Shown here in pieces: positions 26,237 to 35,488 of a stretch of 64,000 nt of DNA. Each line of letters opens with the position of its first letter. Positions within the stretch are counted from its first letter, which is position 1. Made by a program: the position numbers and the translations under genes. This stretch comes from Sphingobacteriales bacterium 44-15 (GTDB lineage: Bacteria; Bacteroidota; Bacteroidia; Chitinophagales; Chitinophagaceae): the NCBI GenBank assembly GCA_001899685.1, contig MKWG01000028.1, positions 54,718 through 118,717 of the forward strand, written 5' to 3'. The notes beneath the pieces were generated by a model. It was not told the DNA's origin and did no database searches. It saw only the letters and a list, made by a program, of their open reading frames with translations.

Positions 26237-29200
26237 TTAGAATGAAATATTTGCGCCAACAATAAGGCTTTTGTTCTGAGGGTAATAAAAACCGCTGCTT
26301 CCCGGAAACTCCGGATCAAAATCTTTTTGCTTACTGAAAACATAAAAATTTACAAGATTCACATAGAAACGAACAGTAGATAACTTCGCTTTGCTTGTTA
26401 AAAACTTAGGAAGGGAGTATGCCAGCTGCACATTTTTTACACGCAAAAAATTGGCGCTTTTAAACCAAAAAGATGAATTGACATCATTAACAGGATTTCG
26501 CCCTGACCAGGTTCGGGGGTACTCAGCGGAAGGATTATCAGGAGTCCACCTGTCGAGGAAATAATTGTAACTGTTGCCATTTTGTAAAACATTCCTGGTG
26601 TACCCGGTGTACATTATTGTTCTGTTACCCACTCCCTGTAAAAACACATTAAGACTAAAATTTTTCCATCCAAGATCTATGTTCATTCCATACATAATTT
26701 CAGGAGTAGCTCCGTGAAAAGATAGGATGGTCATATCACGTGAGTCTATTATGCCGTCTTTGTTAAGATCCTGGTATTTGATATCTCCCGCTTTTGGCGC
26801 AGTACCGGTAATTCTCGGGGCGGTTGCAGCATCCTCATCGCTTTGATAAAGTCCTAATGCTTTGTATCCCGTTGTGTAACCGATAGGTTTGCCAATAGGA
26901 TTATTCCACGGCTCAATGTTGGTATTGTAATCAATCTCTCTTACCTTATTCCTCGAATAACTAAAATTTGCGCTTATGCCATATATAAAATCTCCAATGG
27001 TGCTGTTATGCGTTAAAACAATTTCAAAGCCCCTGGCATCTACTTTTCCATAATTCTGAGCGGGAAGTGTTGCGCCAAAAACACCGGGGTACTGGTTAGT
27101 TCTTGTGGCATAGATATCGTACGTATTCTTTTGAAAAACGTCTAAGGTGATTCCCAGCAACCTGTTCCACAAACTTGCATCAAGCCCGATATTTGTTGTA
27201 GCGGTGCTCTCCCATGTTATGTCAGGATTGGGTAACACACCCGGTACCAGGTATTTGAAAGGCGTTTCATTGAAATAATAATCGCCGGATATGGAATAGC
27301 TGCTTTTATACTGAAATCCTCCAACGATATCATTACCCAGTATACCATAACTTGCTCTTAATTTAAGATTATCAACAAATGTCAGTTCCCTGAAAAACTT
27401 CTCTTTCGATAAAACCCATCCCGCCGAAACTGACGGGAAAAATCCCCATCTTCTGTTTGCTGCAAACCTGTATGAAGCATCTTCTCTGAAAGCCAGTTCC
27501 AATAAATATTTTGAGTCGAAATCATAATTAACCCTGCCCACAATACCCAGGCGTCCATCATTGGTTGCCGAACCGGTTATCGTTCTTTCATCGTCATTTC
27601 CCCCTGCAAAAAGCTGGTCCACACTTGTAAAAGGAAAGTTCGTTCTGCTCCCATTAAAATTGTCCGTCTTTCCCTGAAACTGTTCATATAAAATCAATCC
27701 ACTTACCGTGTGCTTATAAAATTTCCCGGAATAATTCATAGAGAGATTCAACGTATAACTGTTTGTTCTTACAAAACCCTCATTTAAGGCGGTCTTGTTT
27801 CCGATTTGAGTAACATTCGTTACATTCCCGTCCGCATCTTCGGTATATACAGGGAATTGCAGGTTATAAGCCTTATTGAAACTATAATCCCTGTATACCT
27901 GCATACTACCTGTTGCAGACAAGCCTTTTATAACCGGTATTTGCTGCGTGAGACTAAGCTGCCCGATAAACAAGTTCTGATCTGAATTATTGTAACCGGA
28001 TTTCTTTGTTACCTCGCCGGGATGAACGGCAGAAGGATTTGAAGCGGGGCGACCATCCGGATAATATGCTACCCAGTCTGGCAGCATAATACTTGCATAC
28101 TGAAACAGCGTTGTGTCGCCGATATTGGGAGATGTATATTTTGAAAAACGGCCTTCCATATTAGCGGCGGCCGTTAAGGTGTTGGTAATTTTTATATCTG
28201 TATTTGCCCTGAAATTATATCTCTTGTAACCCAGGTTATCATAAATGCCCTTTTGATCTGTATAGCCAAAACTCAGAAAGTATTGGATCACTTCAGAGCC
28301 CCCATTTACAGAAAAATTATGTTGTTGAGTGAGCGCATGATCGCCATAGGTTACGTCCTGCCAGTTAGCAGTGGGTGTCTTTCCCGTCCGGATATCTTCT
28401 AACTGTTGAGCGGTGTAAGGCAAAGGCACCGATCCCATATTGGTTGCCGCTTCATTTTTCAATACTGCAAACTCATAAGCGCTTAGCAACCTGGGGTAAA
28501 TGGTTGGCTGATCAAATGATGTTGAGCTGGATAATGAAAATAAGGGCTTCCCGGATTTCCCCCTTTTAGTAATAACTACAATAACACCATTGGTTGCCCT
28601 CACACCATATACTGCAGCAGACCCTGCATCTTTCAATACAGAAATACTTTCAATTTCAGAGGGATCCAACTGGGCAAAATTGTCGCTGGTCCTTATGGTA
28701 CCATCAATAACATATAATGCCGGTGCATTGTTGTATGAGCTGATACCGCGGATACTCACGGAAGATCCGCTTCCCGGCCTGCCCGAAGAATTGAGCGATA
28801 TCAGTCCGGGGATTCTGCCCGCAAGACTCTGGAGATTATTGGTAACAGGCATTTTCCTGATCTCATCCCCGCTGATACTCGATACCGCTCCCGTAATTTT
28901 GTTTCTGCTTTGTTTACCGTATCCCACTACCACAACATCATCCAGCTTATTGTCAATTTCATCGAGTATGACCTGAAGATTACTTTCCTCTCCCACACTG
29001 ATTTCTTTCGCCTTATAGCCTACATAGGTAATAACTATGATTGCTCCCTCCGGAATGTTCAATGAAAATTGTCCTTGTGCATTGGTAGTTGTACCTGTAT
29101 TACTTCCCTTTATCATTACAGATACACCGACTAATGCGTCTCCCCTGCTGTTGGTTACGCTGCCGGTAACAGGACGCAACGGCTTTTCCGTAGTTCCTAT

Positions 29201-29560
29201 GGCAACCAGGTTATTACCAAGCTGAGAGTAAGAATAGCCGGTATTCTGCAAAAGAATATCCATTACCGTCTGAAGAGAGGCATCTTTTACATTTATGCTA
29301 ACGCTGATATTTTTTAGTCTTCGGCTTTCGTGATATACAAATCTGTATTCTGTCTGCTTCTGAATTTTCGATAACGCCTCGCTTAGCTTTATGTTCTCTA
29401 CAGAAAGACTGATCTTTTGCTGTGAGTGAACAGTTGCCGATACCTGGAGGCATAATAGCAATATGAAAACAGCCGTTAAGTTCATGATGATGAGCAGTTT
29501 ACCATGCGGACTTCGGAGCATCCGCATTTTTTTTAGTTCCGATTTTTGCATAATTTGCAT
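26237..29560 (-). CDS. susC: SusC/RagA TonB-linked outer-membrane transporter with an N-terminal STN signalling domain
   Basis: STN domain (ISLSVENIKLSEALSKIQKQTEYRFVY...LLQNTGYSYSQLGNNLVAI), CarbopepD_reg, plug (VVVVGYGKQSR..., SISVLKDAGSAAVYG), barrel ending in F. Confidence 0.9.
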   Translation of the reverse strand: MQIMQKSELKKMRMLRSPHGKLLIIMNLTAVFILLLCLQVSATVHSQQKISLSVENIKLSEALSKIQKQTEYRFVYHESRRLKNISVSINVKDASLQTVMDILLQNTGYSYSQLGNNLVAIGTTEKPLRPVTGSVTNSRGDALVGVSVMIKGSNTGTTTNAQGQFSLNIPEGAIIVITYVGYKAKEISVGEESNLQVILDEIDNKLDDVVVVGYGKQSRNKITGAVSSISGDEIRKMPVTNNLQSLAGRIPGLISLNSSGRPGSGSSVSIRGISSYNNAPALYVIDGTIRTSDNFAQLDPSEIESISVLKDAGSAAVYGVRATNGVIVVITKRGKSGKPLFSLSSSTSFDQPTIYPRLLSAYEFAVLKNEAATNMGSVPLPYTAQQLEDIRTGKTPTANWQDVTYGDHALTQQHNFSVNGGSEVIQYFLSFGYTDQKGIYDNLGYKRYNFRANTDIKITNTLTAAANMEGRFSKYTSPNIGDTTLFQYASIMLPDWVAYYPDGRPASNPSAVHPGEVTKKSGYNNSDQNLFIGQLSLTQQIPVIKGLSATGSMQVYRDYSFNKAYNLQFPVYTEDADGNVTNVTQIGNKTALNEGFVRTNSYTLNLSMNYSGKFYKHTVSGLILYEQFQGKTDNFNGSRTNFPFTSVDQLFAGGNDDERTITGSATNDGRLGIVGRVNYDFDSKYLLELAFREDASYRFAANRRWGFFPSVSAGWVLSKEKFFRELTFVDNLKLRASYGILGNDIVGGFQYKSSYSISGDYYFNETPFKYLVPGVLPNPDITWESTATTNIGLDASLWNRLLGITLDVFQKNTYDIYATRTNQYPGVFGATLPAQNYGKVDARGFEIVLTHNSTIGDFIYGISANFSYSRNKVREIDYNTNIEPWNNPIGKPIGYTTGYKALGLYQSDEDAATAPRITGTAPKAGDIKYQDLNKDGIIDSRDMTILSFHGATPEIMYGMNIDLGWKNFSLNVFLQGVGNRTIMYTGYTRNVLQNGNSYNYFLDRWTPDNPSAEYPRTWSGRNPVNDVNSSFWFKSANFLRVKNVQLAYSLPKFLTSKAKLSTVRFYVNLVNFYVFSKQKDFDPEFPGSSGFYYPQNKSLIVGANISF

Positions 29561-29606
29561 GACGTTAATGTGAGTAATAGGAGACTTTTCTTTTGTTACT
29601 TGCGAA

Positions 29607-29632
29607 GGAGATGTTAGAGCATCTCCTTTTTT
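29607..29632 (+). other. terminator-like hairpin in plus-strand orientation between the minus-strand fecR and susC
   Basis: GGAGATG-TTAGAG-CATCTCC followed by T6. The stem sequence is the same as in the hairpin at 23626-23645. Confidence 0.4.
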
Positions 29633-29646
29633 GTAGGAGTTAAGTA

Positions 29647-30696
29647 TTATTCATTAATAATAATTTTTGAGTCAACAATTTTGTATTTGAACGGATAAGT
29701 AATCTGTAATGCTTTCAGCGCATCTTCAATACTTTGATTTTCAAAAACGCCGGTAAATTTTTCGGTTGCCAGTTTATCTCCTTTGATTTCAATAGATACA
29801 TTGTACCATTTTTCCAGTTTGGAGGCCACTTCCTCAAAAGTTTCACTTTCAAAAGCCAATTTTTCCTCCGTCCATGCAACTTCCGGAAGTACTCCGCTAA
29901 CAGGTTCCTTACCCAATATATCCATCCGATAAGAATACGCTTTTTCTTTCTCAGCACCGGCAACATTGGGCCCGGGCTGAGGACTTAATCCGATGGTAAT
30001 CTTTTCATTTGGGTTCAGTATCATTTTCATTTCCGGGTGCTTTGTGTCCGTCACCTCTATAATACCTCTTACTAATGAAGCCTGCACTTTTTCCTCATCG
30101 GCGTATGCTCTTACATTAAAAGCAGTCCCTACAACTTTTATGCTCACTGTTGCAGCACTCACCACAAAAGGAATATTCTTGTTATGCACAACATCAAAAA
30201 AAGCTTCTCCGTCAAGGGTCACATTCCTGTTATTTTTTCCGAATCCCTCACCTAAATACAGCCTGGTGTTTTTGTTCAATATTACTTTGGTGCCGTCCGG
30301 CAGTAAAACTTCATGTTTCTTGCCTAATGTCGCTATCTGGGTTGAAGAGGATGTTTTTGATATCCATTTGTTTTGAAACAGGAAGAACAAAAAGACAGAA
30401 GCGGCCAGGGCACTTATTGCTATCCATAATCGCCTGTGTGTGTGCCCGGGTAATTCAACAGAATAATGTTCATCAAAATCTTCGGGAAAAACTTCCTCCA
30501 TTTTTTTGAGCTGCCGCTGCCAGGCCTGGTGTGTATCCTCCCGGCTATCAGCTTTTGTATTGAAATAATTATTATGCAATTCCAGTTCAATAGTAAGATC
30601 CGGGTAGTCCTTCAGCAATTGTTCCAATTCCTGTAATTCCTCGATCGAGGCATCCCCGGTCAGCTTTCTTGCAGACAATTGCCAGATTCTTAACAT
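29647..30696 (-). CDS. FecR-family anti-sigma factor / transmembrane sensor
   Basis: N-terminal anti-sigma helix, single TM (LWIAISALAASVFLFFLF), FecR domain (GEAFFDVVHNKNIPFVV...VVGTAFNV). Confidence 0.9.
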   Translation of the reverse strand: MLRIWQLSARKLTGDASIEELQELEQLLKDYPDLTIELELHNNYFNTKADSREDTHQAWQRQLKKMEEVFPEDFDEHYSVELPGHTHRRLWIAISALAASVFLFFLFQNKWISKTSSSTQIATLGKKHEVLLPDGTKVILNKNTRLYLGEGFGKNNRNVTLDGEAFFDVVHNKNIPFVVSAATVSIKVVGTAFNVRAYADEEKVQASLVRGIIEVTDTKHPEMKMILNPNEKITIGLSPQPGPNVAGAEKEKAYSYRMDILGKEPVSGVLPEVAWTEEKLAFESETFEEVASKLEKWYNVSIEIKGDKLATEKFTGVFENQSIEDALKALQITYPFKYKIVDSKIIINE

Positions 30697-30953
30697 GTTT
30701 TCTTATATACAGTTTTTGTGATCAAATACATCATTCCCAACTGGTTACACACCAACAGGAACTGTCGGGTATCCATTCAAACCGCGACCCGTCATTATTG
30801 TTTACATCATTTCCTATATAATAGATACAACAACTCAAAAAATCCCCTAAATGGATCAAAGTCTATTGAGAGTGCACAAAATATTCAGAACTGAAGAAGA
30901 AAATCAGGTATCTGAAATATCGAAGTAAAACTACATGGTAGGGCTGTCAGTAA

Positions 30954-31322
30954 CGATGTGCGGTCGCAGTTACTAAACCAGCTGAAGATGCTGTATACAA
31001 AAGGTATTTGGATTTTAAAAAAAAAGATCAGCTCAATCCAGATTTTGTTTTTCACTTGCCTGGCGGTCACTATGGCAATACTGCTGTTTGTGAAGTGAAA
31101 GTGGTAATAAATAAGGACATTGAAGAGGACTTCAATACTTTGTTAGCATTTGTACACAAATATTCTTATTAAGGTGGAATATTTATTTTATTTAATAATT
31201 CGATGCAACAATTGTTACAGGGGATTTCCCGGTTAAAAGATTATGGCAGGCATCCGGATACTGAAAAGATTACAACGGCAGCACATCAACTTGAAAAGGC
31301 AATGCATCTTAAGAAAATATAG
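30954..31322 (+). pseudogene. remnant of a PD-(D/E)XK-nuclease-like gene
   Basis: A frame with no start codon and an internal TAA at 31170: ...NPDFVFHLPGGHYGNTAVCEVKVVINKDIEEDFNTLLAFVHKYSY*GGIFILFN... It carries a PD...E.K motif. Confidence 0.35.
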
Positions 31323-31433
31323 CATTGGCCATATGATGAGCATCTCTGAACACTTGCTGCCGGCACCCGTACACGGTGATGTAAAACAAAAAAGAGTGCA
31401 TAGACATGCACCCCGTTTTAAATCCAAAATCCT

Positions 31434-31574
31434 ATGAAAAACCGGGGCAAAATAATCATTCCTAACGCCAAAAACAGGACCGTAAGATTTACCACTCCAG
31501 GATCGCCCGTTATTTCCGATGACCAGGTAACGCGATGGCTGGAACACATCCAGCAGAAATTCCCGCATTTTTAG
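31434..31574 (+). CDS. 46-aa ORF (X2), short member of the EWL..I..KFP.F-tail family
   Basis: MKNRGKIIIPNAKNRTVRFTTPGSPVISDDQVTRWLEHIQQKFPHF aligns with the C-terminus of 58350-58592 (NKAVRFTWKGTEGSEITEKKLAEWLALIRIKFPLF). Confidence 0.35.
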   Translation: MKNRGKIIIPNAKNRTVRFTTPGSPVISDDQVTRWLEHIQQKFPHF

Positions 31575-31582
31575 TAAACTGA

Positions 31583-31819
31583 TTATCTGAATACTGACTC
31601 AACGCTTTCCGCAATGGCTTTGACCATTTCCAGTGAAGGCGGCTTTTGCCCCTCCGGAAGTACTGCGCGGTAGTTCCTTTCTTCGTCCGGCTCAAAAATG
31701 ATCACCTGGTCTTCCAGGGTCACCGAAATCCTGTGACTGTATCCCCATGCCGTAAGTTCGGCGGGCAGTACTATCGTTGTATCCCTGAACTGTACCGGCA
31801 GCTCAAATGATTCCTGCAT
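31583..31819 (-). CDS. small hypothetical protein, KAIAE-tail family (Y2)
   Basis: 78 aa from the ATG at 31819. Close paralogue of 13983-14204 and convergent with X2, with an 8-nt gap. Confidence 0.55.
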   Translation of the reverse strand: MQESFELPVQFRDTTIVLPAELTAWGYSHRISVTLEDQVIIFEPDEERNYRAVLPEGQKPPSLEMVKAIAESVESVFR

Positions 31820-31882
31820 AGCGCACAATTTACCATCGTAGGTCGGTACAGGGAAAAAAACTTCGGATCAATGAAAAAAGAT

Positions 31883-31931
31883 GACCGGAAGCCCCCACAT
31901 CGCGTGCAGCCAGTGCAGTTCCCGCAGGATC
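31883..31931. repeat. 49-bp exact duplicate of an internal piece of the 14457-14882 membrane-protein gene (gene fragment)
   Basis: GACCGGAAGCCCCCACATCGCGTGCAGCCAGTGCAGTTCCCGCAGGATC is identical to 14520-14568. Confidence 0.8.
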
Positions 31932-32213
31932 GTCCATAAGGAGCAGTATTTGAATAATTGGCACATACAGATTCGAAAGTTGGGAGAACTTCAATAAACA
32001 TCTGCGCTTACTACATTAATCATTTCGGAGATTTGCATTAAATTTCCAGAAGTAAGCAAACGTTGTAATCTCATAAAACGAGTATAAAATACGAGACATT
32101 ATTTTGGGCGGAACTTCAATGACCGCGCATCCTTTTTTGGATATCGAGGATTACAGATTCTTACGAAGTAGATACGCTGGTGAGGTTATATAATAGATGT
32201 TTATTGGTAAAGT

Positions 32214-32375
32214 TTAATAGCTTGGTATATCTTCATTCTCATATGTTCCATCGCTTTGTAAATCCTTAAGCAAATGTTTAATATCAATACCACCACGATA
32301 GGCCACTATCAGCATTACCATGATAAACCAGGAAATGGTTAAAAAACAAAGTATACTCCAAAACAGATACGTCAT
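32214..32375 (-). CDS. 53-aa single-TM peptide translationally coupled to the SSF symporter (possible symporter accessory subunit)
   Basis: Its ATG (32375-32373) overlaps the symporter TGA (32374-32372). Sequence MTYLFWSILCFLTISWFIMVMLIVAYRGG... It is below the ORF-track cutoff. Confidence 0.45.
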   Translation of the reverse strand: MTYLFWSILCFLTISWFIMVMLIVAYRGGIDIKHLLKDLQSDGTYENEDIPSY

Positions 32376-33844
32376 GATAAATCGGGTTTTATATTATTTT
32401 TAATCAGCGATCCTGCCACCATGGCAACTGCAGCAACCAGGTAGGTTGCTACACCTGTTTTATAGGGCCCTATTTTCTGGGTTAGCGGTTGCGTGATTTC
32501 AATTTGCTGCATCACTAAAAAACTTATGGGTATAAAAGCCCCCGCAATAATAGCAGCAAACGCACCCCAACTATTTGCCCTGTTCCAATAACAGGCAGCG
32601 ATTAATATGACACTCATACTGGAGAGATAGATTGTGCCGGTAACTTGCAAATACACCCACAGATCACCTTTTAAGGGATACCACAACCCGTAAAGTAAAA
32701 GAAATATACCAATGCATGCGATCAGTAAACGGTTCCAGAAAAGCCCCTTTACCTCCGACCATCTTCCTTTGTGAATGGGCTTCATAATATCATTATATAT
32801 AATTGATGACCATGCCAGCATATAGGAGGAATTAGTGGACATGTCTGCCGCCAGCATGGAAGCCACTAAAATACCGATCAGCCCCACGGGGATAACCGCA
32901 GATAGAAAATTTGGCATTGCAAAAATACTTTTGTCATGAAAATCTGATCCAAAATAATGCAATGCCCCAATACCCAAAATTGCGGGCAGAACAAAGCGGG
33001 CAAGGAAAAAAGGGCTTGTATTCATGTAAATGCGTTTGCCGGTTCCTGAGTCCTTGGAAGCCAGCACCCGGGAGATCATTGTTTGCCATGTAAGTACCGC
33101 AGCAAAAGCCAGAAATACATCCAACAGAATCCTGTCTACTCCGTAATGAGGGTTTATAAAAGGATTGAAAGCGCCATCCCCGATCTGTTGTCCGGCTGTT
33201 TCCAGTAAAGCAGCCCACCCGAATTTAAAGATGATCATCAGAATGACAATGATCAGCCCCGCACTCATCACAATAAACTGGATATAATCGGTAATAAGGA
33301 TTGACAACATTCCGCCAAGGATGGTATATAGAGCGATAGCCGCAAGAATAACTGTCATTACGACTTCAAGGTAAGAAGGATCAAAGCCACAAACAATTGA
33401 AAGAAAATCGCCTGCCTGGCGAAGAAATACACCCATATTCAGCAGCCCTCCTAAAACCATGACCAATCCACATGCCCAGCGAACCTGCTTGCCAAATTTC
33501 TTTTCAAAGAACTCAGGGAGCGTAATAACTTTCTGTTCTCTAAGCGGCCTGATACAAAAGCCGGTATACCCAACTACAAACATAGCCAGCGCTAAGGCTA
33601 TCCCGGGAGTAACGCCGGCAAAACCGTATTTATAACCCAATTCCGCATTTCCCATACAGGTGGCAATACCAAATTCGGAAGCAGCCAGAGAAGCGATCCC
33701 TAAATATAAATTCACGTTACGTCCCGCCAGGAGGAAGTCATCTACTTTATGAACATAACGCCTGATCAGAAGCCCGCAGGTTATTGTACCCCCGAGATAT
33801 ATTAAAACAATAGGACCGTCAATAAGCCAGTTAAAATTTGACAT
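32372..33844 (-). CDS. sodium:solute symporter family (SSF) transporter
   Basis: 490 aa with ~13 TM segments and an SSF-like N-terminal FLLAGRNVN motif. Confidence 0.9.
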   Translation of the reverse strand: MSNFNWLIDGPIVLIYLGGTITCGLLIRRYVHKVDDFLLAGRNVNLYLGIASLAASEFGIATCMGNAELGYKYGFAGVTPGIALALAMFVVGYTGFCIRPLREQKVITLPEFFEKKFGKQVRWACGLVMVLGGLLNMGVFLRQAGDFLSIVCGFDPSYLEVVMTVILAAIALYTILGGMLSILITDYIQFIVMSAGLIIVILMIIFKFGWAALLETAGQQIGDGAFNPFINPHYGVDRILLDVFLAFAAVLTWQTMISRVLASKDSGTGKRIYMNTSPFFLARFVLPAILGIGALHYFGSDFHDKSIFAMPNFLSAVIPVGLIGILVASMLAADMSTNSSYMLAWSSIIYNDIMKPIHKGRWSEVKGLFWNRLLIACIGIFLLLYGLWYPLKGDLWVYLQVTGTIYLSSMSVILIAACYWNRANSWGAFAAIIAGAFIPISFLVMQQIEITQPLTQKIGPYKTGVATYLVAAVAMVAGSLIKNNIKPDLS

Positions 33845-33857
33845 AAAGATTTTTTCA

Positions 33858-34616
33858 CTATTTCAATTCGTAAAGGTCTTTCACAACTTGCTGCAATGCA
33901 GTAATTACCGCATCCGTAATCTGTTGCCCTTTTGGGGCAGAGGCGGCAGTGGGATCACCAAAGACACCCGTAACAGTCATAGCCCTCATATTTCGAAAGT
34001 AAGATGCCCCGGATCCTCTAAGCATATCTGATTCGGCCCAGGGAAAAGTAGGCCGGTTTGTTTTGGGAAAAATAAGTTTTTGAATAACCAGATCCGGTGC
34101 AATATGAAGCATAAGAGAAGTCTCAAACTCACCGGCATGCCCTACACCCCCTGGTCCTGTTTCCGTAATCTCATACAGGCGTTTTATAGCGACACGCCAC
34201 CATGTGGTCATCACAAGATGCACCTGCGGGTATTCATGCCCCAGTTGCTCCATTAATACCTGCCCGATCGCCTGGTTACCACCGTGGCTATTTAAAAGGA
34301 TAATTTTGTGAAACCCATGTTGAATAACCGAGCGGATAATATCGCCAACCTGGTTACGGAAACTCTCTTGTGAAATCGACAGCGTACCCGAAAATCCCAT
34401 ATGATGGTCTGAACAACCCACCGCAACCGCGGGAAGCACCAGCAATTGGCTGGGCATCTCCTCATGAAGCTTGCGTGAAAAAAACTCGCCTATCAAACGA
34501 TCCGTTGCAAGTGGCAGATGCGGCCCATGTTGTTCTGTAGCGGCAACAACCAGCAGCACCGGTATCCCCCTGTCGAGTCCGTTTATTTGTTCAGATGTTA
34601 ACTGGTCCCAGATCAT
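33858..34616 (-). CDS. creatininase-family amidohydrolase
   Basis: ATEQHGPHLPLATD, NSHGGN and HAGEFETS metal-binding motifs. Confidence 0.85.
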   Translation of the reverse strand: MIWDQLTSEQINGLDRGIPVLLVVAATEQHGPHLPLATDRLIGEFFSRKLHEEMPSQLLVLPAVAVGCSDHHMGFSGTLSISQESFRNQVGDIIRSVIQHGFHKIILLNSHGGNQAIGQVLMEQLGHEYPQVHLVMTTWWRVAIKRLYEITETGPGGVGHAGEFETSLMLHIAPDLVIQKLIFPKTNRPTFPWAESDMLRGSGASYFRNMRAMTVTGVFGDPTAASAPKGQQITDAVITALQQVVKDLYELK

Positions 34617-35488
34617 GATTTAACCCCCCACATTTCAATTTCAATTAATAAATTCATCAGTAGTCCTGCTTTGAGTGCAGTTCTTACCGGAAGCCTATCT
34701 GTAAAATATGCCCGGTATATTTCATTAAACCGGGGCCAGTCTTCCAGGTTTCTTAAATAAACATTCACTTTGAATACATCATTAAATCCACATCCGGCGC
34801 TTTTCAATTGCCTGAGACAATTATCCATTGTGTAAGCAGCCTGTTCTTCAATAGTATCTCCCACAACGTTGCCATCCGGATCAATGGCTGCCTGGCCCGA
34901 CAACACCACCAGTCTTCCCCGGTCAACTTCCAGCACGGGCGAATAAGGACCTGCAGTTCGGTGCTGGGTAGCATTCTGCGGAAATTTTATCAGTTCTCCG
35001 GGTTGATGAGCGTCTGCCAAAAAATGAGGCATATACCCGGTAAACCCGGTAATCTTCCATGCCTGGTTCACCTTTCGGCAATAGTATAGTGTCTGCCAGC
35101 TCATAGGCAGTCTGCCCCCGTCAGCTTTTAAAATATTGCCGAAAAATTTCTTGTGTACCACAGCAACATTTTCTTTTATCTCTATATCACGCAGCACGGT
35201 CACCCGGAACATTGCTGCCTCAATATCTTCTCCCCAGGCTAATGTTTTAAACTCCCCGGCTTGCCGCAGCCATTCATCCCGGTAAGCTTTTAAAGTAGGA
35301 AAGCCAAGCCTCCATGCATCCGGGTTCCCGATACGGCCGGCATCTATTCCAATAAAGCCATCTTCTATAAAATCACCCGCCACTATAGACCAGTCTCCCT
35401 GCAAAAAAGCCATAATGTCGCGGTATACCAGCATATCCCATATTGCATGCCGGTCGCTGTCCCGTTCTGAAAAAGGATTTGTACTCAA
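34613..35488 (-). CDS. fusion protein: NTF2/SnoaL-like N-terminal domain plus a RidA/YjgF/L-PSP C-terminal domain
   Basis: C-terminal AGPYSPVLEV...LSGQAAIDPDG...VNVYL...R.A.....LL.NLLIEIE is RidA-like. The N-terminal ~150 aa have an NTF2-like pattern. It starts with a TTG overlapping the upstream stop, so the start is uncertain. Confidence 0.7.
   Translation of the reverse strand: MSTNPFSERDSDRHAIWDMLVYRDIMAFLQGDWSIVAGDFIEDGFIGIDAGRIGNPDAWRLGFPTLKAYRDEWLRQAGEFKTLAWGEDIEAAMFRVTVLRDIEIKENVAVVHKKFFGNILKADGGRLPMSWQTLYYCRKVNQAWKITGFTGYMPHFLADAHQPGELIKFPQNATQHRTAGPYSPVLEVDRGRLVVLSGQAAIDPDGNVVGDTIEEQAAYTMDNCLRQLKSAGCGFNDVFKVNVYLRNLEDWPRFNEIYRAYFTDRLPVRTALKAGLLMNLLIEIEMWGVKS

Noticed and set aside
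30885-31568. Track ORFs 30885-31070, 31233-31568, 31243-31437 and 31510-31695.
   Set aside because: They are mutually overlapping ORFs with poor composition in the decayed region. The only coherent frames there are the nuclease-like remnant and X2.
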